Assembly: GCA_013003155.1 (NCBI GenBank)
Contig: JABDKF010000267.1
Location: 6,258-70,257, forward strand
Direction of reading: 5' to 3'
Source of the DNA: Woeseia sp.
GTDB taxonomy: Bacteria > Pseudomonadota > Gammaproteobacteria > Steroidobacterales > Woeseiaceae
DNA length: 64,000 bases
In this document: positions 1-9,688 of the stretch, in pieces
How the letters are laid out: every line of letters begins with the position of its first letter
Position numbering within the stretch: position 1 is the first letter of the stretch
Notes under the pieces: model-generated
Told to the model about the DNA's origin: nothing
What the model saw: only the letters and a program-made list of their open reading frames with translations
Database searches by the model: none
Translations under genes and position numbers: made by a program

Positions 1-78
1 TTGCAGATAATAATTACAATAACTAATCGAACACGGGACCCGGTTTTCCCGTGAATTCGGTCTGAGCCTGGCTATGAC

Positions 79-2526
79 ATGACCGGCAATACCCTACCTC
101 GCTACCTTTTTCCCGTGCTGGCGCTTGCGTCAGTTGTAGCCGTTGTCGCGCTCGCGAGTTTCTATCTGCAATACCGGATGCTGGCGGATGAGCTCGTCCA
201 AACGGGATTCGCCCAGCACGAACAAACGCTGGCGGCGAGCTTTGAGCGTCGTTTCAGAGCGCGCCTGCACAATGTTGCGGATCGTATTCAGGTGAACGAC
301 AGCGACGCCGATCGGCGTGCAACCGCGGATATCCTTCGCGACATGGTTGCTGCCAGGGACGAATTTGTCGGTCTTCGCTACCTCGCCGTCGACGGCACTA
401 TTTTGGAGTCTGGCGAGTTACCCGAGAGTTTTGAGCAGGACGCTACTCAGTGGCAGTCGCAGCAAATGTACATGACTTATCCCGTCGTTCGGGACGGCGA
501 GCGTTTCGGCGTACTGCTCGGCAATTTTGACCTGGGCGAATTCTGGGCTGACGCAAACGAATTCCGGGACAACATGCTTGCCGCGGCGGCAGACTATCGC
601 CGGCAAAGCATGATTTGGGAAGCGGTGGCACTGGTATTGATTCTGGTGTCGTGCGTACTGATCATCTGGCGCGTTAACAGAAATCTAAATCGAAGGATTC
701 ACGAGCTAAAGATTCAGGCCGAGAAACTCAGTAGCGCCGATTTCGGCGAGGCATTGGACAGCTCAGAGGACGATGAGCTCGGTCAGTTGACTGCGGAATT
801 TAACAGGATGCGCAATCACCTGAAAGAAACCACGATGTCGAGAAATTACGTCGACAGTATCCTCAGCGGTATGAATGAAGCGATAATTGTTACGACAGAA
901 GACCAGACGATCAAGAAAATAAACAATGCAACATCGCGCATGCTGGGTTACCAAGAAGAAGAGCTCGTTGGGCAGCCCTTAAAAAATATCGTCAGCGAAA
1001 AGCGTGGCGGCCAACTGGTATCCGACACCCAATCCGGCATTCCGAAAGAATCCTTGCTCATAGCGAAATCTGGCGACTCGATTCCAATTTCGTATACAGG
1101 CTCAAGCATTGATGACGATGAGGGCCGCACAGATCATATTTTTGCAGCGCAAAACATTACGGAACGCCGCAAAGCGGAGCAACGCATACGGTACCTGGCT
1201 CGCATCGATGCGTTGACGAAAATACCGAATCGAATGCAATTTCAACATCTGCTACAGCGCGCCATAGCGCGCGCGAAGCGCAGTCAGCAGAAGCTGGCTA
1301 TTTTTTATATCGATGTTGATCGCTTCAAGGAAATTAACGACACCTTCGGGCATCTCGCGGGCGACACCACGCTCGAAACAGTTGCCGAACGGCTGGCAGA
1401 GTCGCTGCCAGCGGATGCGGTGATCGGTCGGCTTGCCGGTGATGAATTTGCCGTTATCGTCGACGAATTCGACGAGACACCGGACGATCATCCGAAGCTT
1501 GATCAGCTTGCCCGCGAGGTACTCGATCGACTGGCTGACCCCTTTTACGTTCAGGGTCATGAAGTATTTATGACGGCAAGCCTGGGCATCGCTTGCTACC
1601 CGCACGACGCCCCGGATGTCATAGATCTGATTCGGAATGCAGATGCTGCGCTTTATTCTGCCAAGAAGTCCGGTGGCAACGTATTTGCAAACTACAATCC
1701 TGCGATGAATGAAGCCGCAGTCGAGCGGCTGATGACGAAAAGCAAACTCAAGCGCGCATTTGAGCGTGATGAACTGCTGGTTCACTACCAACCGAAATAC
1801 AATATCGTGACAGGTCAGGTGATCGGAGCCGAGGCCCTGGTGCGCTGGGAATTGCCGGAACGCGGCATAATTCTCCCGTCGGACTTTATCCCTATTGCCG
1901 AGGAAACGAATCTCATCATCGAATTAGGTGAATGGGTTCTCGACAAAGTCTGTGAAGATTTTCGCTTCTGGCAACGATCTGTCCCGTCGCCGGGTCGTGT
2001 CTCGGTCAACTTGTCACTAAAACAGCTGCGGCAGCCCAATTTTATAGGTCGCATCAGCAATATACTTCGCAGCTACCAGGTCTCCCCGACCTCTTTGGAG
2101 CTGGAAATCACTGAAACAACCCTGATGGAGAACCCGACTCGGACCATCAAACTGCTCGATGAACTCTACGGATTGGGCCTGCACCTGGCGATCGACGATT
2201 TCGGTACCGGCTACTCTTCTCTGAGCGCCCTGCAACAGTTCCCTATCAGCACCTTGAAAATTGACAAGTCGTTTGTCCGCGATGTGTCTGTCAACCCGGA
2301 TGACGCCACAATCGTTGCAACGATTGTGCACATGGGACGCAGCCTGAAAATGGACGTGGTTGCCGAAGGTGTGGAAACGGAACAACAACTTAACTTCCTG
2401 CAATCGCTCGACTGCACTTATGTTCAGGGTTTGCTTTTTGGAGATCCCATGAGTTCTGACAATTATCTTGAGCTGTTGCTTTCGCAACTCGACGGCACAG
2501 ATAAGCACCGCGCCCTTTTTGCATAA
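79..2526 (+). CDS. Membrane-anchored HAMP-PAS-GGDEF-EAL c-di-GMP signalling protein
   Basis: Two TM segments, HAMP (DELGQLTAEFNRM), PAS, DALTKIPNR, DVDRFKEINDTFGH, AGDEF variant motif, EAL (AEALVRW), DDFGTGYSSL. Confidence 0.93.
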   Translation: MTGNTLPRYLFPVLALASVVAVVALASFYLQYRMLADELVQTGFAQHEQTLAASFERRFRARLHNVADRIQVNDSDADRRATADILRDMVAARDEFVGLRYLAVDGTILESGELPESFEQDATQWQSQQMYMTYPVVRDGERFGVLLGNFDLGEFWADANEFRDNMLAAAADYRRQSMIWEAVALVLILVSCVLIIWRVNRNLNRRIHELKIQAEKLSSADFGEALDSSEDDELGQLTAEFNRMRNHLKETTMSRNYVDSILSGMNEAIIVTTEDQTIKKINNATSRMLGYQEEELVGQPLKNIVSEKRGGQLVSDTQSGIPKESLLIAKSGDSIPISYTGSSIDDDEGRTDHIFAAQNITERRKAEQRIRYLARIDALTKIPNRMQFQHLLQRAIARAKRSQQKLAIFYIDVDRFKEINDTFGHLAGDTTLETVAERLAESLPADAVIGRLAGDEFAVIVDEFDETPDDHPKLDQLAREVLDRLADPFYVQGHEVFMTASLGIACYPHDAPDVIDLIRNADAALYSAKKSGGNVFANYNPAMNEAAVERLMTKSKLKRAFERDELLVHYQPKYNIVTGQVIGAEALVRWELPERGIILPSDFIPIAEETNLIIELGEWVLDKVCEDFRFWQRSVPSPGRVSVNLSLKQLRQPNFIGRISNILRSYQVSPTSLELEITETTLMENPTRTIKLLDELYGLGLHLAIDDFGTGYSSLSALQQFPISTLKIDKSFVRDVSVNPDDATIVATIVHMGRSLKMDVVAEGVETEQQLNFLQSLDCTYVQGLLFGDPMSSDNYLELLLSQLDGTDKHRALFA

Positions 2527-2687
2527 ACCGGCCGAGCATCAAGCCCTGCACACGCGAATTAAGACTCTGATTTTGTGGCAAAAAACACCCTCACTTCACT
2601 CACTCCAAACAACATGATCTAATTGTGGCAACGCCGCGGTTTCCCGGTACGGTTTCGATCGGCGCATGCACAGGACACAATAGATTG

Positions 2688-3050
2688 ATGAAAACTTTTA
2701 TATCGCTTTGCATTGGATCAACGCTTCTTTTTTCAGCGCCTGCTTTGATGGCCTGTGAGTATCCATCGCGTATAGATGTTCCGAACGGTATTTCAGCCAC
2801 TCGAGACGATATGATTTCGGGACAGAAGCAGGTCAAGGAATACGTTGCCACCATGGAGGCATATCTCGACTGCATCGTTGCAGACGAAAAATCCAATCGG
2901 GCAGACATGGACTCGCTATCGGCGGAAGACGAACAGCTTCGCGAGGAGATGCTCAACAAAAAATACAACGCGGCGGTCGAAGAGATGGAGAGGGTTGCAG
3001 CCGAGTTCAACGCAGAGGTGCGGGCGTTTAAGGAACGCGAAGACGGCTAG
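2688..3050 (+). CDS. Small secreted helical hypothetical protein with two mature Cys
   Basis: ATG 2688 starts a signal peptide (MKTFISLCIGSTLLFSAPALMA/C); acidic coiled-coil C-terminal half. Confidence 0.75.
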   Translation: MKTFISLCIGSTLLFSAPALMACEYPSRIDVPNGISATRDDMISGQKQVKEYVATMEAYLDCIVADEKSNRADMDSLSAEDEQLREEMLNKKYNAAVEEMERVAAEFNAEVRAFKEREDG

Positions 3051-3181
3051 GGTTATTTAGTCCGTTAGCATAATTGGTCCGGTTCCTGATTCGGCCATTG
3101 CTGACAATGCTGGTTTTTTGCGGATACCGGATATTGTTCTCAGCCGCGACCTTGCTGCTGATGCAGCATGCACCGTCAGGG

Positions 3182-3403
3182 CTAAAGCGCTTCGATCTTA
3201 TCCTTTAGCCCCGTCGGATGTTCCGTAACGATACGCTCAAGCACCTGGATGCGATCTTCCAGCTGATCAATCTTTGCGAGCGCCTCGCTCAGCTCGTCTC
3301 CCAAAGGCTCTGTTTTCTTGTGGCGATGCTTTATCCACGAATCGATCACATGGGAGCATGCGCCAACGAGCACGGCCAGAAATAAGAATGTAAAGACGTT
3401 CAT
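3182..3403 (-). CDS. PspB-like small membrane protein, last gene of psp operon
   Basis: N-terminal TM then coiled coil LEDRIQVLERIV, like the PspB C-terminus (LEDRMEALETII); AGGAGA RBS. Confidence 0.75.
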   Translation of the reverse strand: MNVFTFLFLAVLVGACSHVIDSWIKHRHKKTEPLGDELSEALAKIDQLEDRIQVLERIVTEHPTGLKDKIEAL

Positions 3404-3438
3404 CTATTCTCCCTTTGCTATTTTTTTAAGGCGCGAAC

Positions 3439-3825
3439 CTAAAGCTTGCGAAACTCCTGGTCAAGATTGAAGCGTGACGAGGTCACATAGCGCTCTAGTC
3501 TTGCCAGACGCGTATCGAGCTTCTGGAAACGCCTTTTGACGTCGGCCAGCGTACCCGCGGGGTTGGAGCGCATGGCCTGGCGGAATCCGGGATCCGGTGC
3601 CGCCGCGGCTGCCAGTTTTCGATCCGACGGCACCAGCAGCACACAGGCAACGTATGCCAAAATAACCAGCGGCGTAAACATCAGCAGCATTATTACTGTC
3701 AGGAAACGCGTTGCACACAGGTTAAAGCCGAAGTAATCCGCGATGCCGGCGCAAACTCCGCCCAGCATGCCCCTGCGCGAATTTCTGAAAAATCGACGCC
3801 CACGCCATTCGTGCTCTGCATTCAT
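3439..3825 (-). CDS. pspC: Phage shock protein C (envelope stress sensor)
   Basis: RGMLGGVCAGIADYFG PspC motif, TM segment, C-terminal RLARLERYVTSSRFNLDQEFRKL; ATGA overlap at 3822-3825. Confidence 0.92.
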   Translation of the reverse strand: MNAEHEWRGRRFFRNSRRGMLGGVCAGIADYFGFNLCATRFLTVIMLLMFTPLVILAYVACVLLVPSDRKLAAAAAPDPGFRQAMRSNPAGTLADVKRRFQKLDTRLARLERYVTSSRFNLDQEFRKL

Positions 3826-4127
3826 AATGAACTCCAGTGATCGGAACCAGCGTGATGACGCCAAAATTCCTGCTCCGGATTGCTACCTCTGTAAATCAGG
3901 GGCCGGGTTCTAATAAGCATCGTAGCAGCGAGGTACGCCAACGCGGTGGGCACTGTCAACAAGATAAGCGCCAGGACTGCGATTACCCTCACCACGGTCT
4001 TGTCGAATCCGTAGCGGTCTGCCACTCCGGCACACACGCCAAAAATCCAGCCATTTTCGCGATCGCGATACAGACCTTGCCTCAATGAAGAGTAACGTTC
4101 CCACGCTTTCCTACCCGTTGTGCTCAT
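3822..4127 (-). CDS. pspC: Second PspC-domain protein (lacks the C-terminal coiled coil)
   Basis: LYRDRENGWIFGVCAGVADRYG PspC motif plus TM; ATGA overlap with pspB stop. Confidence 0.85.
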   Translation of the reverse strand: MSTTGRKAWERYSSLRQGLYRDRENGWIFGVCAGVADRYGFDKTVVRVIAVLALILLTVPTALAYLAATMLIRTRPLIYRGSNPEQEFWRHHAGSDHWSSL

Positions 4128-4360
4128 CGATTCTTCCTCCAACCAGGCAATTCATTGTCGATTATGGTTTCCAGGGCCTCCATACGATCCTCAAGTCGGA
4201 TTGACAGCTGCCAAAGATCTTCCAGCATATTCTCGTCGCCACCTGAAAGCTCCCGCGACTGCTTCCACTTGGTGATGAAATGCAAAACGATAAAAAGCGG
4301 CGCTGGTATCGCGATGAAAACAATCAGTGCGACAAGTACAAGTTCTGTCAACCCGTTCAC
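4124..4360 (-). CDS. pspB: Phage shock protein B
   Basis: TM ending APLFIVLHFITKWK, then LEDRMEALETIIDNELPGWR; follows pspA. Confidence 0.92.
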   Translation of the reverse strand: MNGLTELVLVALIVFIAIPAPLFIVLHFITKWKQSRELSGGDENMLEDLWQLSIRLEDRMEALETIIDNELPGWRKNR

Positions 4361-5040
4361 TAGCTGGCCTCGTCAACCCGTACGCCGGCTACCTTGCGCT
4401 TCAGATCATCGAGCTCTTGCGCAACCGAGTCTTCTGCCTCAAGGCTGGCGAATTGATGCGACAAGTCTTTGGGGAGGCCCAGGTCGTACGCCTCGATTCT
4501 GCCCTCGACATCATCGATCCGACGTGTGTACTGCTCGAATCTGACAAGCGCATCGTCAATCTTGTAGTCATGAATTTTCTTGCGCGCCTGCAGTCGACTG
4601 TTGGCCGTCTTGTGCCGCGCAAGCAACGCTTTCTGGCGCGTTTTCGCATCCTGCAGTTTGCCCTCCAGTCTGCCAATGTCGTCATTGAGTTTACCCAGGC
4701 CGTCGTCGACAGCGGCGTAGTCGGCACGGATTGCCTCGGCGGCCGCCGTCGCACGCGACTTCTCCACCAGCGCTGCTTTCGCCAGGTCTTCGCGATTTTT
4801 ACGCAAAGCCAATTCAGCCTTGTTGTCCCATTCGCCCTGTTCTCGCTCGAGCATCTCAAGCTTGCGGTTTAAATCTTTCTTATCGGCGATGGAACGAGCC
4901 GCCGCGGAACGCACCTCCACCAGCGTGTCCTCCATTTCCTGGATCATCAGCCTGACGATCTTTTCCGGATCCTCGGCCTTGTCCAGAATCGCGTTGATGT
5001 TGGAGTTCACGATGTCGCTGAATCTCGTGAAAATTCCCAT
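4360..5040 (-). CDS. pspA: Phage shock protein A
   Basis: MGIFTRFSDIVNSNINAILDKAEDPEKIVRLMIQEMEDTLVEVRS, the canonical PspA N-terminus. Confidence 0.97.
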   Translation of the reverse strand: MGIFTRFSDIVNSNINAILDKAEDPEKIVRLMIQEMEDTLVEVRSAAARSIADKKDLNRKLEMLEREQGEWDNKAELALRKNREDLAKAALVEKSRATAAAEAIRADYAAVDDGLGKLNDDIGRLEGKLQDAKTRQKALLARHKTANSRLQARKKIHDYKIDDALVRFEQYTRRIDDVEGRIEAYDLGLPKDLSHQFASLEAEDSVAQELDDLKRKVAGVRVDEAS

Positions 5041-5078
5041 GTTGCTATCCTCTTTTTGTCGATGGTCATCACCATAGT

Positions 5079-5094
5079 TGCAGCATCCGTGCCA
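5079..5094 (-). promoter_or_regulatory. Sigma54 (-24/-12) promoter of pspA operon
   Basis: Minus strand TGGCACGGATGCTGCA fits TGGCAC-N5-TTGC with GG-N10-GC spacing, 39 bp upstream of pspA and opposite pspF. Confidence 0.88.
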
Positions 5095-5111
5095 ACTCGG
5101 TGGTTTCTTTC

Positions 5112-5124
5112 TAAGTCACTGAAA
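5112..5124 (-). promoter_or_regulatory. Putative IHF site between enhancer and sigma54 promoter
   Basis: Minus strand TTTCAGTGACTTA resembles WATCARNNNNTTR, with an adjacent A/T tract. Confidence 0.5.
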
Positions 5125-5170
5125 AAATAGAATAATTAACGCAATGATCGCGTGCCGCGGCGCGGCCTAC

Positions 5171-5226
5171 TTAGCTATTTTTACCATTAATTAGCGTTTT
5201 TCGCACACGTTTAGTATGTTTCGCCA
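5171..5226. promoter_or_regulatory. PspF upstream activating sequences (three sites, 20-bp period)
   Basis: TTAGCTATTTTTACCA (5171), TTAGCGTTTTTCGCAC (5191), TTAGTATGTTTCGCCA (5211), directly upstream of pspF. Confidence 0.65.
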
Positions 5227-6249
5227 ATGGCAAACGACGCACGATCCCAGCCAATCATCGGCGAGGCGCCGGCTTTTCTCGAAATGCTGGAGCACGTGTC
5301 GCGCGCGGCCCCCCTGAACAAACCAGTTCTGGTCGTCGGAGAACGCGGCACCGGCAAGGAACTTATCGCGTCGCGACTGCACTTCCTGTCGCTACGTTGG
5401 GAACAGCCTCTCATCAAGGTCAATTGCGCAGCGCTGACCGAATCAATACTGGAATCTGAGTTGTTCGGCCATGAGGCCGGCGCGTTCACTGGTGCAGTCA
5501 AGGTTCACCAGGGGCACTTTGAGCGGGCCGATGGTGGCACGATGGTATTGGACGAACTCGCCACGATATCGCTACGGATGCAGGAGAAAATTCTCCGTGT
5601 CATTGAATACGGTGAACTGCAGCGAGTAGGAGGTTCCGACACGATAAGCGTAAACGTGCGCATTGTAGGTTCGACCAACGCCGACCTGCGTGCGATGGTA
5701 GCGGACGGCAGCTTTCGGGACGATCTGCTCGACCGCCTGGCCTTTGACGTGATCACGGTGCCGCCCTTGCGTGAGCGGAACGAGGATATTTTGCCACTGG
5801 CGTACGCTTTCGCCGTCGCGATGGTCAGCGAATTACGCCAGTCCTATTTTCCGGGTTTTACGGCTCGTGCTTCATCGATGCTGTTGCGGCACGACTGGCC
5901 TGGCAACGTACGAGAACTCAAAAACGCGATCGAAAGATCAGTGTACAGAGCGGAGGATTTGCAGGGACCTATTAATGAAATCGCTTTTGATCCGTTTGAC
6001 TCCCCGTTCAGTCTGAAAACCGAGGACCAAGCCGATAATCCAAGGACCGCCAAACGCGCTCAAATGAAGCCAGCCTTATTGCCGGCGAACCTGGAAGATG
6101 CATTAGCCGAAACTGAGCGAAAGCTGCTCGAGGAGGCCCTTCGCAAAGCCAGATTTAATCAGAAGGTCGCCGCAGATTTACTCGGGCTGACGTACCATCA
6201 ATTGCGTGGCCGAATTCGCAAACACAACGTTGCGGTACATGCGCAATAA
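5227..6249 (+). CDS. pspF: Phage shock operon sigma54 activator
   Basis: GERGTGKE Walker A, GAFTGA, WPGNVRELKN, C-terminal HTH, no N-terminal sensor domain; divergent from pspA. Confidence 0.96.
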   Translation: MANDARSQPIIGEAPAFLEMLEHVSRAAPLNKPVLVVGERGTGKELIASRLHFLSLRWEQPLIKVNCAALTESILESELFGHEAGAFTGAVKVHQGHFERADGGTMVLDELATISLRMQEKILRVIEYGELQRVGGSDTISVNVRIVGSTNADLRAMVADGSFRDDLLDRLAFDVITVPPLRERNEDILPLAYAFAVAMVSELRQSYFPGFTARASSMLLRHDWPGNVRELKNAIERSVYRAEDLQGPINEIAFDPFDSPFSLKTEDQADNPRTAKRAQMKPALLPANLEDALAETERKLLEEALRKARFNQKVAADLLGLTYHQLRGRIRKHNVAVHAQ

Positions 6250-7173
6250 CTAACTGTCGTCGCGATAGCGCCGAACGTAAACCGCTCCGGCAATAAACAG
6301 TCCACCCACGATAAGCCCCATCCAGAGGCCGGGGTTGGTAACAAAACCAGCAACGTCCAGGTAACCGAGCAATGACGTCTTGGCATCTGCCGCTAGCCGC
6401 ATATCGCTCGAATCTTCGAACACCATGCCCGCAGCGTCAGGCCGATCAAATAGCGGTATCTGTGCAGACCGCACAAAAATCGCGTCACGAAACAGTGTGC
6501 TCCCGACCAGAATTCGCTCCAGCATCGGGACAACGGCCAATGGTAGCAGCGCGACCAGGAACGGCGAACGACGCGTCCACGCAGAAACGAACATGAACCA
6601 ACCGACAAGTGGCATAAACCACAGTGGCAATGCCAGGAATAAGATCAGCAAGGCGAAGCCGTTCTTCATCAGCGGCGCGGCGCCCCAGATCAGACTCAAC
6701 GCATCGCCTCCCCGTCCGTCGACCCACAGGCTTGAAATGCCGAGCACCAGTAACACCGTCACAATAGCGGTGGCCAGTGAAAAAAGCGGGATCGTCAGTA
6801 TCGCGGTCAGCAGCTTTGAAACCACAGTTTCGGCATCAGAGACGGGCAAAGAGCGCCAGAAAAGAATGCTCTTGTCGCGACGCTCTGTGTAGAGCGCATC
6901 GAGCAAATAGAAGGTTGCCAATATTGCCATTGCGAACGCGAATAGCGTTGCAATGGCCATTGTCAAAATGGAAATCGCAGCGGCGCGTTCTCGCTCGCCC
7001 ACGTTGCTGGCTCCGAGGATCGCAATATCCACTGCCTGATCGAATGCAGAGACTGCGACCTGGCCCGTCAAGGCAAGCAATACGGAAACCAGCCCCAACG
7101 CCAGCGGCGCGACGTAAATGGCCCGGTGTTCCCAAAGCTCCCGCTGTAGTAATGCCCATTGTCGCTGAATCAT
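6250..7173 (-). CDS. ABC-2 type transporter permease
   Basis: Multi-TM; ERRDKSILFWRSLPVSDAETVVSK motif; overlaps ATPase stop. Confidence 0.85.
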   Translation of the reverse strand: MIQRQWALLQRELWEHRAIYVAPLALGLVSVLLALTGQVAVSAFDQAVDIAILGASNVGERERAAAISILTMAIATLFAFAMAILATFYLLDALYTERRDKSILFWRSLPVSDAETVVSKLLTAILTIPLFSLATAIVTVLLVLGISSLWVDGRGGDALSLIWGAAPLMKNGFALLILFLALPLWFMPLVGWFMFVSAWTRRSPFLVALLPLAVVPMLERILVGSTLFRDAIFVRSAQIPLFDRPDAAGMVFEDSSDMRLAADAKTSLLGYLDVAGFVTNPGLWMGLIVGGLFIAGAVYVRRYRDDS

Positions 7174-8027
7174 CGCTTCGCTCCCTTGACCATCGCGACG
7201 AACAGGTCGGCAACCGCAGGCGTATGAGCCTCGCCCAAACCCCGCAATTTTTCACGCTCCAGGTTTTCAAACATCATGATCTTTTTGCCGACACCGTCTC
7301 TTTCGTGGAAGGGTCGCAAGGCGCGTGCGGCATCAGCATTGTCACCCGAGGTTTGCAGTTCGACAAATCGCTGGGGAATTTCTTCCATTGCAGCATCGAG
7401 AATTAGCCTGCCGTCGTTAATAAAAATCAAATGCGTCAACAGGTTTTCGATTTCTTCAACCTGGTGGGTCGTCACCAGGATTGTGCGCTCTTCATCAAAA
7501 TAGTCGCTGAGCAGGTTACTGTAGAATTCCTTGCGGAAAATGATATCCAACCCGAGCGTTGGCTCATCAAGCACCAGAAATTTTGCATCGACAGCACTAA
7601 TAATTGAAAGATGTAACTGCGTGATCATGCCCTTCGAGAGCTCGCGAACTTTTGCGGTACTCTTGATTTTCGTCTCACCAAGAAGTTTGTTCACGCGTTG
7701 CCGCGAAAATGACGGGTGCACCTTCTCCGTAAAACTCAGCAGCTGTGAGACGCGGATCCAGCGCGGCAACACCGCAACATCGGCGATAAAGCATATATTC
7801 TGCATTAACTCGCGGCGCTGCCTGAACGGGTCAAGCCCCAGCACGGACAACGTGCCCTGGCAATCCGTGAGTCCGAGAATGGCTTTCAGAAGCGTTGTTT
7901 TACCGGCGCCGTTCGGCCCGATTAACCCGCTGATACGGCCCTTTTCAATGTCGAAACTAACGTTGTCCACCGCGCGCACTGCGCCGTAGGACTTCGAAAC
8001 GTTTCTGGCCTCGACCAGATTAGTCAT
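7170..8027 (-). CDS. ABC transporter ATP-binding protein (YtrB-like)
   Basis: GPNGAGKTT, LSKGM signature, LDEPTLGLD. Confidence 0.92.
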   Translation of the reverse strand: MTNLVEARNVSKSYGAVRAVDNVSFDIEKGRISGLIGPNGAGKTTLLKAILGLTDCQGTLSVLGLDPFRQRRELMQNICFIADVAVLPRWIRVSQLLSFTEKVHPSFSRQRVNKLLGETKIKSTAKVRELSKGMITQLHLSIISAVDAKFLVLDEPTLGLDIIFRKEFYSNLLSDYFDEERTILVTTHQVEEIENLLTHLIFINDGRLILDAAMEEIPQRFVELQTSGDNADAARALRPFHERDGVGKKIMMFENLEREKLRGLGEAHTPAVADLFVAMVKGAKR

Positions 8028-8409
8028 TTTTCGCTTCCTTGGTGTCAGGATCCCGCGCATCGATATTGCCAAGCAGTTCCTGTGGATCAAGTCCCAGGCG
8101 ATTTATCGTCGCTTCGATAACGGGCCACTCTACTTCCAGAAAGCGACGCCGCTCGTCCTTCATCAGTTGACTGCACGCGCCATCTTTTACAAACATGCCG
8201 CGACCGCGCTTTTTTTCTACCAGGTCTTCATCCACCAGTTCCTGGTACCCCTTCAAGACTGTCAATGGATTCAAGCGGTATTCCGCTGCGACATTGCGAA
8301 CCGATGGCAAGGCGTCGCCATCGGTGATAACGCCCTCGAGGATCATTTTCACGATTCTGTCGCGCAACTGGCGATAGATCGGTTGATCGTCATTCCATTT
8401 TGGGTCCAT
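8020..8409 (-). CDS. GntR-family regulator, YtrA subfamily
   Basis: PIYRQL...LPSVRNVAAEYRLNPLTVLKGYQEL...RGRGMFV with a short C-terminus; precedes ABC genes. Confidence 0.92.
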   Translation of the reverse strand: MDPKWNDDQPIYRQLRDRIVKMILEGVITDGDALPSVRNVAAEYRLNPLTVLKGYQELVDEDLVEKKRGRGMFVKDGACSQLMKDERRRFLEVEWPVIEATINRLGLDPQELLGNIDARDPDTKEAKND

Positions 8410-8558
8410 GAAGTTCTCAGTGCTGTTCGTGTGAATTCTAGTCGATTGCGTTAGCAGCGAAAGCGGTTCCGGTCAGGGAAGGCTTCGGTGCTTGCGGGAA
8501 TAAACCTGATACCGACTTTTACCAACAAACTGGCAAACAGTTTCAGAGTGCACTGCGG

Positions 8559-8789
8559 CTAGCGAAGTGACCATGCGCGAGCGACGCTTGAGCCCAGCCT
8601 GCCAATTCGTGAGGCCAGCAGACTCTGTTGCAGGAGCGGCGTCGTCGGCGTGGTCGCCGCCGCTGCGGGCGTCAATGGTTCGGAAGAGCGGGCCTCACTG
8701 GCAATAACAGCAACCGTAAGCAGCGCAAAAACGACGAATACGGCAATTTTTAACGAGTGTGAAAGGGTTGCCCCACGGGATCTCGACAT
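8559..8789 (-). CDS. Small hypothetical membrane/exported protein leading the GntR-ABC unit
   Basis: Hydrophobic N-terminal segment, AAGGAA upstream; lies between the palindromic operator and gntR. Confidence 0.5.
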   Translation of the reverse strand: MSRSRGATLSHSLKIAVFVVFALLTVAVIASEARSSEPLTPAAAATTPTTPLLQQSLLASRIGRLGSSVARAWSLR

Positions 8790-8844
8790 GACGCCAGGTT
8801 CCTTCTCAAAGCCCGCCTGTACTCGGCTGTGGGCGTAGTGACTT

Positions 8845-8885
8845 GGTGTTGTAGTTGACTATAACACCTGCCCACGAATTTGCAA
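8845..8885 (-). promoter_or_regulatory. Sigma70 promoter overlapped by palindromic YtrA-type operator
   Basis: Palindrome GGTGTTGTAG-TTGA-CTATAACACC (8845-8868, one mismatch); minus strand TTGCAA-N16-TATAGT with extended TG. Confidence 0.75.
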
Positions 8886-9109
8886 GCCGGTCTGTCGGGC
8901 CGACCCTTTCCTCGAGTCGCCCGCGTTTACAAGGGTATGCCTGCTTCTGATAACTGCGCGCTCTACCCCTGCCCCGCGATGGCCTCTGAGATGCGGTCCG
9001 CATGACCACGATCGCAGACAACGCGGCAGCGATACCGCAGGTCGAACTGTGGACGGTCGAGGCGCGCTCGTTACTTCCGTCGTCGAAGACGCTGACTTAT
9101 CCTCACAGC

Positions 9110-9688
9110 ATGTCCGTGCCGGTCGATGATTCCGCCTTGATGCTTCGTTACGCTGACGGAGATGTCGCTGCGTTCGACATCTTGTATAAGAGGCATAACG
9201 ACGGCCTGTTCCGATACCTGTTGAGGCTTTCGAATAATCACGATACCGCGGCCGATGTTTTCCAGGAAGTCTGGAGCAAGGTCATTAAGTCGCGGCACAA
9301 GTATCGACCGAGCGCCAAGTTCAATACCTACCTTTACCGGATTGCGCACAACGCGTTCATCGATCACATCCGTCGCAACAAGCGGTACGGTGACGGGCCG
9401 GCAGATGATCCGGACCTGCGCGCCAGCAGCGATGCCGGACCGGAAATGCACGCGGAACAAGCATTGGCCAGGGCACTTTTCCTGGGTGCCCTTCGTCAGC
9501 TCCCCGACGAGCAACGGGACGCATTCCTGTTGTACGAGGAAGGTGGTCTGTCAATCGAGCAAGTTGCCGCCGTGATGAACGTGCCAAAAGAAACGGCGAA
9601 AAGTCGAGTGCGCTACGCTGTCAATAAACTGCGCAAGGCAATGAATGAAGATCGGCCAGACGAGAGGGTGCGTGACCGTGAAGACTGA
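9110..9688 (+). CDS. ECF RNA polymerase sigma-70 factor
   Basis: DSALMLRYADGDVAAFDILY, DVFQEVW, FNTYLYRIAHN, region 4 ETAKSRVRYAVNKLR. Confidence 0.93.
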   Translation: MSVPVDDSALMLRYADGDVAAFDILYKRHNDGLFRYLLRLSNNHDTAADVFQEVWSKVIKSRHKYRPSAKFNTYLYRIAHNAFIDHIRRNKRYGDGPADDPDLRASSDAGPEMHAEQALARALFLGALRQLPDEQRDAFLLYEEGGLSIEQVAAVMNVPKETAKSRVRYAVNKLRKAMNEDRPDERVRDRED

